Positions 56,246 to 64,000 of a stretch of DNA of 64,000 nucleotides are shown in pieces (position 1 is the first letter of the stretch; each line of letters begins with the position of its first letter). Both the position numbers and the translations under genes were made by a program. Under the pieces are notes generated by a model. That model did not search any database. It was not told where the DNA came from and saw nothing but the letters and a program-made list of their open reading frames with translations. The stretch lies in IMG/VR virus record IMGVR_UViG_3300044640_001495, positions 124,001-188,000 of that record; one strand, 5' to 3'.

Positions 56246-59200
56246 TTATTCGGGCAATTCAGAGGTCTTGGCAGCAATGAATTCTGCAATAGGAGTGCGA
56301 TTAGACAACAGTGTTACACCCTTGCTAGCAGAAAACTCACTTCTTTCATACCATATTCTTCCCAATTTCCTTATAATTGTAATTTTAGCTCCCACTGCTA
56401 CAGGTTCGGTCAATCTAATGTATGGAGTAGTTCCATTCACTGAAAATTCAGCTTCTACAATCTCGTCGGCCGATGGACTGCTGGCTCCATTAGATTCCAT
56501 GTATATATCTAAAGGATTTTTACGTAATCGTCTGCCTGAAACAAACACCTCCACTTGATCGCAGGCACCATAGCTAGAAGGAATAGAATGTCTGTACCAA
56601 CTGGTTCGAACTGCCTGAGTTGGTGTAAAATCTAAAGGGCCAATTAACAATGTACTACCGTCACTGATAAAATTAGATTTTTCTTGATTCTCTGTATAGG
56701 GCAGAGTATCATCGGCACCTGCATTAATAACATAACTGCCTGCGGCATGAATTTCTGCAATACCTGTGCCAAAACAACCACGACGTATCTGTGACAAAAT
56801 ATTGCCATTCTTTTCAAAATAGTCAATACGCTCATTATTGATGATAACCACTCCGGGAATTCTTCTACTCGGTATAGGATCAGATAATTCACTGCTGTCA
56901 GTGACTTCAATTTCTGTGTCATAGTAAGTCAGTGCTTTGGCCAGGCTAATAGAGTTAGATATTGAATGCCGTTTGTAATGATAGTTGTTAAGCATATCTT
57001 TGAAAATTTCAAATGCACGATTTGGTTTGTATATAATGTTGCCAAACTGCACTATTTTTATAAGATCATCAACTGTTGAATCTTCTGTGAGATATATCAC
57101 TGATCTTGGAGCATCTAATCTGTAGTCTGCATCTTTGGTCAGTCGTTGACCATTTTTATACACCCAAACAAAATTCTCATCTATGGGTTGTCTTGGCAAT
57201 TGAAACTGTACCCGACCTCCGGTATATTCATCTGTAATCATATTCAGTGTGGGATACTCACTAAAACAGATTATCTGTATATCATCATTGAGAGACAGAT
57301 TTACTGTGGCAGGAATTACTAGATTATTTCCAACTATAGAATATTCGGCTCTCACATTAGTTTCTATTCTTATAATATCTCCTAGTGTGAGATTTTCTGT
57401 GGGAATGTTGATTAAATTTGCGTTTCCGTTATAGGTAAAATCAATCACAAACTGCTGTAGTACTTCGTTGATATAGACCTTTATACCACCTGACGTAATA
57501 GTTCCAATAGACTCTGCAGGATCTACTCCCAAGGTGATATTATTGTTTGTGCCATCGTATACGAGATAGGTGGTATCGATTCCCTGCAAGAAAGTTCCAT
57601 TGACATTGACTAGCACCGAAGATATTTCAGATGACCTTTGTAAATTAACAAATTGATCTACAGGAATACTACGAGTGCTGCCGTCAAATGGCACAGTCTG
57701 TTGATTTATTCTAACAAAACTGAGATTATTAGAATTGGCATATTCGCTGGATTCAAAGCATATTATTTTTATCACTTGCCTGAATCCCGGAGCTATTCCA
57801 AATTGAACCATGGTTTTATTTTCAACGCTGATAAAATCAGAGCTGTTTACAAATCCGGTATCTATTTCTTCGCCATCTAATGTGACCAGTACTGCTGAAG
57901 TCTGCGCATACTGAGCATTGGTTAAAAATAAGTTTGTTGTGCCATCTGCTACAAATTCTTGATAGTCAATTATTCCAATACCGCCTATGCCTATAGATAC
58001 AATTTCTATTATATCGCTGATTGCAGGAGCAAGATTGAATTCAATTTCATTAGCCACAAAATCAATACTGAAATTAATGGTGCTGTCTCCAATATATTCC
58101 TGTTTGATTTTATTCACATACACTGTGACTGCTTTAGATTCTACTATAGTAAGTCCAATTTTAAATCTACGAGTGGACCCATCACCTATGTATCCACGAT
58201 GTTGCAAAGGAGCGGCTCCTGGATCAGTTTTGTTAAAAACTTTTATACTCACACTGTCTAGAATTTGACCTGGAACATTTTCCTCAGGTGCTGGTACCTG
58301 GTCCGGACTGACAAATTTTTCACCATCTATGACTATTTCTTCTGGAGTCATTCCAGATGCTGAAACATAAGCACCGCCTATATTGGACAGTGTACCTCCA
58401 CTAATCCTAGTGTCTAGAAGATTTACATCACTGATTGTTACAGATCCGTCACTGTCTAATTTCCTAAAGATCAAGGTGTCGCCAGGCTGAGTACTCAGGT
58501 ATCTGTGTATTTCTATAATTTTTGTAGAACCATCGCCGATAAATGTTGGCATTTCTGCGTTGGCATTTGTGCGCACACTAGAATCTAAACTAGGATCGTA
58601 TAATGGATCGTCAATTCTAATAGGTCGACTAGTTCCTAACCGTTGGATATAGATTGATATTAGCTGATTGTTTTCTGGAGTATAGGGCAAAGATACGAAT
58701 GTGGTGCTGCCGTCTGCAACATAATAAAAATCGTTGCTGGATTCTACACTGTCCCAACTGTCAGTGAACCATGGAAGAGCATCCCAACCTCCAGTAACTT
58801 CAAAGGTTGTACCCTGAACTTGTACACCTCCAAAATCTATACCGGTCATTAGCTGGACTAATTCTTGTCCTTTCATGCCACTTGTAGGAGCATAGTATTT
58901 GTTGATTCTATCAATGCTGTCTAATAATAGATCATTCTTTTCATAGGTAATAACAATTATATCTCCAGCCAATGGCGGTATATAGAATTTTATTTTTCCT
59001 TTTAATAAACCATAGGTGTCCGTGCTGGATGTGTAAAGATTTATTTCATAGTCTGTGTTCAACACTGTTTGATTGTTTTTTGTTACTGAAATCTTGGTTT
59101 TATCTCTAGTAGGTGCATAGATTAAATCGAAGATTGCACTCGAACCAGTGGCTGTAAACGATTGAGTATTTGACAGTTGACTATATGTTCCTGTTTTGTT

Positions 59201-62200
59201 AGTTCTGTCAAATCTCATAGTAATGTCAAAAGATCTTACCTTGCTGTTACCCAGCACTGCTGCTGCTTTTGCAATGTTGACTGATGCTCCATTACCGCCA
59301 ACAAGACTAACTACAGGAATATCTGTGTACCCAGATCCTTGAGTGATGACCTGTATGCCTGATACTTTGCCGCTGGAAACGTATGCCTGTGCTGTGGCTC
59401 CTGATCCGTTGCCTTGAATTAATACCGTAGGAGGGGATGTGTAGTCACCACCACCATAGGACACAGAGATAGCAGTGATAGAATATCCGTTGTTTTCTTG
59501 CCAAGACTTCCAAGGATATTCATCAAATCTATTGTAGTATTGATTTACGGGCAGTATCTTTCCATCTCTAACCGAATATGCTGGTGGCAGATCAAAGTCA
59601 GAAGTTGCAGCTCCGTTAACATCAAGATTAGTGTATCTGCTAGTATATTCTCTAATGCTAGTTCTATACGGTTTTACTTCTTCTATGTATTGTTGAAAAC
59701 TTTGTAGATTATCATTTTTATAATTTTTAGGTTGCTCTAATGCGCCAACGTTATGTATAGCATTTAAGAAGCTGGTCTTGAATGCCCAATCAATGTAGGT
59801 CTGTTCTGAGAAAGCATACTTGATGGATGAGAAAAACAATTTGTTCCATTCCACCGTGAGATCATCAACAAAAATATTTTCTTTGGCGGCCTTGAGAATA
59901 AATCTTAGTTCTTTGGTTGGTTGAAGATCGTACAGAGCAGCGTCATAGGATCCCACATTGTCGTAACCCAAGCTATTGACCATTCTATTGTACAATATAT
60001 CTTTGATTTTTATTGTGCCACGCTGTTTACCCACAAGATTGTAGTTGTCCAACAGGGTTCCTTGACCCTCTTCTGTTTTCGCCAATACGGCCCACCCGCC
60101 GTTAGAATATTCTTTTATTCTAATTAGATCTCCCACTTGGGCTTCTATAGAAGGTTCTTGATAGATATTGCCAATTTCTTTGATTATTCGTGAGCTTGGA
60201 GAATATCCTTGATCCCACCAATCTATAAATTCCCAATAGACCGTGGTATCGTAACCCTGAGATTTGCTACGGTAAAAAATTCTGCGTTGTTGGTCCCAAC
60301 CATAAATGCTCCAAAATCCATTGGCTGTGCTGTCACTGACCAGCAGCACTGAAAATGGTCTAATTTTCACTATGGCTGTGGAGTATTTTCTTCCTTTTGA
60401 TGTTACTGTTATAGAGTTAACCTTGCCCTGAGTGTTAAGTGTTATCACTGCTGTGGCGCCAAATCCATCTCCTTGGATTTCTACATATGGCACAGTTCTA
60501 TATCCAAATCCTGGATCTACAATATCAATGGTATCAATTTCGCCGTTGATGATATTTGCAGAAAACTCTGCTTGGCGCACTTTTACAGTGCCCACTTGTT
60601 CGAGATCAATATTAGAATCAACAATAACATCGTACTGATTTAATAACTCTCCAGGAATAGGATCTAATTTATTAAGATTTTCAAAGTTGATAGTATCTGC
60701 AAACGGTCTAGTCAATAAAATATCATTGATATTGTCTATGGCAATTTTCAATGCTTTGTCTCTGTTCACAAACATGCTTTGACGGGGTCTTACGCTAAGT
60801 CCATATTTTTTCTTTGCAGGAAGTTTTGGATCTGGGACTGTATTGCCGGCGCGATCCTCACCCACAAGACTATCTAACCATTTTTCTTCAAGCGTAGCCG
60901 TAGGCAGGCTGTCAGCAACACCGTTGGTCAACAATTGGTATTCTCTGTGAACTGCATTCAATTGCTTACGATTTTTAATGTATTCAAAATTAATTAAAGC
61001 GGTATCAGTGCTTATCACCGTAGGCAAATTATAGGCCAGGAATTTGTCCTCACCAATCACTGCCATAAATGCAGCACCCGAACCTATGGGATTTTCAATG
61101 GCCAACTGTATATCTCTGGCGGAAATTTTTCGCTGAGCTAATGACGGCACGATAGTTTTAGATTTTACCCAATAATAGTGTAGTGTGCCTGTAGCAAGAC
61201 CAGTATTGGGGTTGAAAAATACTTTAGTGTTGTACACCGTATCATCTATGAATTTTGGCTGACCAGATATACCCTCTGCAAGACCTTCTACGGTATCTGC
61301 TAAGATGCTCCATTCTGATGGCAGTAACGGACTTGCCACCCATTCATAGATATCTATAGAAGACCCCACTACCTGTGAATTCCAATTGCCAATTCTGTAG
61401 GCAAAATCATCTTGTTCATAATTCAAATATTTTACCGTGCTAAGGTCCCACCATATCTGTCCCACAGGTTTTTCAAACCATGCCTGAGTTTCATCTATAA
61501 CTTGTTCTTCTGTGGCAGTGATATAGATCGCAGGATCATACACAGTTTTAAAGCTGATTTCCTGTTCGGCCTGACCCAATATTTTTAGTTTATATCCATC
61601 TACAATGTCCAGATCGGTGATTTTTATGTTGTTAACATTGTCAAATAATTCAATGTTTTGCAGTAGATCAATATCTGTAAGTTTGCTTTGTTGACCAATA
61701 GTTTTGAAACTATCTGTATCGGCGGATGTTTTAAACAGTCTTACTCGTCCCGCTGGAGCACCGTCAACTTGATAAGTGGGTGATCCCACCACAATGATTG
61801 AGCTGGTAGTGTCGATAGAGTACCCAAACGATTCTCCTGACTGAAACTCTGCTTCTAGTTTTTCTACCAAGAAATAACCTGTGTCTTTTCTTTGGTAGAC
61901 ATAGACCTGTCCAGGAAAACCTCTTGGATCGGAAAATGTAGTTCTACGTTTGTCAAAGGTTGTAAAATTAAATTGCGTGGTAATGGAGTATCCTGCATTC
62001 TTGGCAGCCACTACAATTTTTTCTGTGGATGGACTTATAGATATGCTAGAACCAAAATATTCATTGGTAAAATATTCAAAACTTTGTAATTTTTGTTTCA
62101 ATCTAAATTGACGCACAGAAGAATCGCTGTCAAATTTAAACACATAGGCAGCGCCTTGATTCTGCTTGGTAATATCTGCCAACGGGCTGCTGGCCACAAT

Positions 62201-64000
62201 GGTAGTAGCAGCAGCGTCTATGTCTATGGCAAATCCAAATTGATCTCCAGATGCTATGATTCCACCATTGCTAGTGTCGTTGATATCTGACAGTGAATCT
62301 GCAGTTATGGTCTGTAACAGGGAATATCGGTTACCGGCATCTCTTTCATATATAAAAATCTTGCCGGTGGAGGGTGACGCACTATCTCCTACATTTGACC
62401 AAGGCAATCCCGCATCTGGATACTGTGCTAGACTAGTTATAGATGATGTAGTTGCGTCTATCAACCTGTGATATCCGCCCTGCCATTTGACTACATCGCC
62501 TTCTGTGTATTCCTGGTACAGATTCCAATTACCCTTGTAATTAGAAAAATACTGTCCGTCTGAATTAGGTGCTCCTACAACTAGAACCGCACCATCTCGA
62601 CTCATGGTCAAACTTATACCAAATTGATCTCCGTCCTTGACTAGTTCTGCCAACTGACTTGAACTCAACAGGCCTTCTGCAAGTGTTGATCCGTCATCAT
62701 CCATAGCCACATTTGTTGGCAATGAACATTGTGTGGACACAGGATCTAATTTTCTCCAATTAGTTGGCACGGTAGGCAATATTATGCCGCCTTGATTGTC
62801 AACTACAGATTCATACAAATCTCCCTGATACCATACTATCGATTCAGCTGGATAAAATACTAGAGACGATGATTGATATAATCCTAGATACTTGGTATTT
62901 TCTAAATGCTGCCATTCTGTACCGTTGTAGAAATATAGATATACTCGACCTCGACCTGTATTAGCGCCTAGTGCTGGATCGCACAACGACCCCACTGCTG
63001 ACACTGCCATATAATAGGTATTGCCGGACACACCAATTGAAATAGCACTACCAAATTGTTCAAACGCTGCTTGGCGGGGACTTACAAAACTATGAGCAAT
63101 TTCCCACTGTCCTTGAGAATATCTATACAAAGAGATCATGCCCTGATCTGTAAAGCCATTTCCTCTGGCTGCTGGATTGGCATTCACTATAGTAGCTGGT
63201 TTCCAATCTTCACTGTTGAAATTTATAGAACTGCCATCTCCTGCACTGATATTATTCACGGCTTCCCAAAGTTTGCCCTGATACAATACAGTTTCGCCTA
63301 CAAGATAACTGACAAACTGATTTAACTCTCCTAGATAGCCACTTTTTACACCGCTGGCATTTGGTGAGCCAACTGCTAACCATCTATGATCAGGACTTAC
63401 TGCCAATACCTTACCAAATGATCCTAGTACTGCTGTATCAAAACCGTCAGGTGGGGGTACTATCTGTTTCAATATCAATTGTGATCCAGCAGTCTGTGCT
63501 GTATAAATCATCACGTATCCAGAGTCCGGTATGCTGGTGGCAATTTGTTTGAGGCTGTCTAGATACAACACCGCGGTACCTGTGCCGAGAGGGGCGGTAA
63601 TTCCGTATTCAGCAAATTCAAAAGTTGAATATTGTTTGGTTTTTTCTATGACTTCCCACTTGTTGTCGCCATTGTTGTCCACCCATAGTTTTGATCCAAG
63701 ACCAAGCAGTGCAGTTTTTTGGTCATCTAATTGTGCGTATGTTGCGAATCTCACTGTGGTGAAAATTCCTACCACTGCCGAGGTGCTGTCTTCTATTTCT
63801 GGATCATCTGTAGACGACGGTGCTATAATAATGGTGTTGCGTGTTACCGCAGTAATCTTAAAGAATCCATTGAGATTTAGCACATAGGTGATGCCTACAA
63901 TATCGTTAACTGAAAAATTATGCAGTCTTTCAAAAGTTAGTTCTATTTCAGTTTCGGATAATTTTTCAACTCTGCTGATTCTCAACGCTAATTCTTCATT
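56246..64000 (-). CDS. giant baseplate/tail structural protein (5'-truncated by window)
   Basis: Frame is open to 64000 (NEELAL before TTG 63985); >2580 aa; FG-GAP-like repeats and G.GY...P.V.I.G.G.GA.A repeats. Confidence 0.85.
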   Translation of the reverse strand, partial: NEELALRISRVEKLSETEIELTFERLHNFSVNDIVGITYVLNLNGFFKITAVTRNTIIIAPSSTDDPEIEDSTSAVVGIFTTVRFATYAQLDDQKTALLGLGSKLWVDNNGDNKWEVIEKTKQYSTFEFAEYGITAPLGTGTAVLYLDSLKQIATSIPDSGYVMIYTAQTAGSQLILKQIVPPPDGFDTAVLGSFGKVLAVSPDHRWLAVGSPNASGVKSGYLGELNQFVSYLVGETVLYQGKLWEAVNNISAGDGSSINFNSEDWKPATIVNANPAARGNGFTDQGMISLYRYSQGQWEIAHSFVSPRQAAFEQFGSAISIGVSGNTYYMAVSAVGSLCDPALGANTGRGRVYLYFYNGTEWQHLENTKYLGLYQSSSLVFYPAESIVWYQGDLYESVVDNQGGIILPTVPTNWRKLDPVSTQCSLPTNVAMDDDGSTLAEGLLSSSQLAELVKDGDQFGISLTMSRDGAVLVVGAPNSDGQYFSNYKGNWNLYQEYTEGDVVKWQGGYHRLIDATTSSITSLAQYPDAGLPWSNVGDSASPSTGKIFIYERDAGNRYSLLQTITADSLSDINDTSNGGIIASGDQFGFAIDIDAAATTIVASSPLADITKQNQGAAYVFKFDSDSSVRQFRLKQKLQSFEYFTNEYFGSSISISPSTEKIVVAAKNAGYSITTQFNFTTFDKRRTTFSDPRGFPGQVYVYQRKDTGYFLVEKLEAEFQSGESFGYSIDTTSSIIVVGSPTYQVDGAPAGRVRLFKTSADTDSFKTIGQQSKLTDIDLLQNIELFDNVNNIKITDLDIVDGYKLKILGQAEQEISFKTVYDPAIYITATEEQVIDETQAWFEKPVGQIWWDLSTVKYLNYEQDDFAYRIGNWNSQVVGSSIDIYEWVASPLLPSEWSILADTVEGLAEGISGQPKFIDDTVYNTKVFFNPNTGLATGTLHYYWVKSKTIVPSLAQRKISARDIQLAIENPIGSGAAFMAVIGEDKFLAYNLPTVISTDTALINFEYIKNRKQLNAVHREYQLLTNGVADSLPTATLEEKWLDSLVGEDRAGNTVPDPKLPAKKKYGLSVRPRQSMFVNRDKALKIAIDNINDILLTRPFADTINFENLNKLDPIPGELLNQYDVIVDSNIDLEQVGTVKVRQAEFSANIINGEIDTIDIVDPGFGYRTVPYVEIQGDGFGATAVITLNTQGKVNSITVTSKGRKYSTAIVKIRPFSVLLVSDSTANGFWSIYGWDQQRRIFYRSKSQGYDTTVYWEFIDWWDQGYSPSSRIIKEIGNIYQEPSIEAQVGDLIRIKEYSNGGWAVLAKTEEGQGTLLDNYNLVGKQRGTIKIKDILYNRMVNSLGYDNVGSYDAALYDLQPTKELRFILKAAKENIFVDDLTVEWNKLFFSSIKYAFSEQTYIDWAFKTSFLNAIHNVGALEQPKNYKNDNLQSFQQYIEEVKPYRTSIREYTSRYTNLDVNGAATSDFDLPPAYSVRDGKILPVNQYYNRFDEYPWKSWQENNGYSITAISVSYGGGDYTSPPTVLIQGNGSGATAQAYVSSGKVSGIQVITQGSGYTDIPVVSLVGGNGASVNIAKAAAVLGNSKVRSFDITMRFDRTNKTGTYSQLSNTQSFTATGSSAIFDLIYAPTRDKTKISVTKNNQTVLNTDYEINLYTSSTDTYGLLKGKIKFYIPPLAGDIIVITYEKNDLLLDSIDRINKYYAPTSGMKGQELVQLMTGIDFGGVQVQGTTFEVTGGWDALPWFTDSWDSVESSNDFYYVADGSTTFVSLPYTPENNQLISIYIQRLGTSRPIRIDDPLYDPSLDSSVRTNANAEMPTFIGDGSTKIIEIHRYLSTQPGDTLIFRKLDSDGSVTISDVNLLDTRISGGTLSNIGGAYVSASGMTPEEIVIDGEKFVSPDQVPAPEENVPGQILDSVSIKVFNKTDPGAAPLQHRGYIGDGSTRRFKIGLTIVESKAVTVYVNKIKQEYIGDSTINFSIDFVANEIEFNLAPAISDIIEIVSIGIGGIGIIDYQEFVADGTTNLFLTNAQYAQTSAVLVTLDGEEIDTGFVNSSDFISVENKTMVQFGIAPGFRQVIKIICFESSEYANSNNLSFVRINQQTVPFDGSTRSIPVDQFVNLQRSSEISSVLVNVNGTFLQGIDTTYLVYDGTNNNITLGVDPAESIGTITSGGIKVYINEVLQQFVIDFTYNGNANLINIPTENLTLGDIIRIETNVRAEYSIVGNNLVIPATVNLSLNDDIQIICFSEYPTLNMITDEYTGGRVQFQLPRQPIDENFVWVYKNGQRLTKDADYRLDAPRSVIYLTEDSTVDDLIKIVQFGNIIYKPNRAFEIFKDMLNNYHYKRHSISNSISLAKALTYYDTEIEVTDSSELSDPIPSRRIPGVVIINNERIDYFEKNGNILSQIRRGCFGTGIAEIHAAGSYVINAGADDTLPYTENQEKSNFISDGSTLLIGPLDFTPTQAVRTSWYRHSIPSSYGACDQVEVFVSGRRLRKNPLDIYMESNGASSPSADEIVEAEFSVNGTTPYIRLTEPVAVGAKITIIRKLGRIWYERSEFSASKGVTLLSNRTPIAEFIAAKTSELPE

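Noticed and set aside
41524-64000. Plus-strand ORFs opposite fibre and baseplate genes (e.g. 50563-51297, 244 aa)
   Set aside because: Antisense frames kept open by the biased codon usage of T/S/G/A-rich fibre genes
1-64000. tRNA, rRNA, CRISPR array, intron, intein or transposase
   Set aside because: No cloverleaf, spaced repeats or split genes seen; intergenic gaps are too short; polymerase is uninterrupted
1-64000. Stop-codon reassignment as seen in some jumbo phages
   Set aside because: Long conserved genes are intact in the standard code, and TAA, TGA and TAG all end genes at expected positions

Overview
This 64 kb window is from a large T4-like (jumbo-type) tailed dsDNA phage, read in the standard genetic code, with a probable Gram-negative host (it carries spanins). 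The + strand (162-41506) carries, in order: a lysis cassette (GH19 endolysin, spanins, holin); a dnaJ-def-clpA operon; a block of probable internal head proteins with T4 capsid-targeting-like N-termini; a family B DNA polymerase with a probable clamp; a 7-deazaguanine DNA-modification region (DpdA/TGT-like, QueD-like, FolE, QueE, no QueC in the window) interleaved with a GT-B glycosyltransferase, an MBD4-like glycosylase, a cupin, a PRTase, a HIT protein and SGNH proteins; an RNase H/5'-3' exonuclease; and four tandem twitch/SPASM radical SAM enzymes. The - strand (41524-64000) is a late structural region: a giant baseplate-like protein cut by the window edge, four paralogous fibres, and a tightly coupled glycosyltransferase operon behind a perfect TATAAATA late promoter. 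The two best candidates for undescribed systems are (1) the late GT operon plus the convergent radical SAM/SGNH island, possibly virion or fibre glycosylation, and (2) a deazaguanine pathway lacking QueC but containing a glycosyltransferase and an MBD4-like glycosylase. No tRNA, rRNA, CRISPR array or mobile element was recognised. All family assignments come from motifs read by eye; no database search was run.
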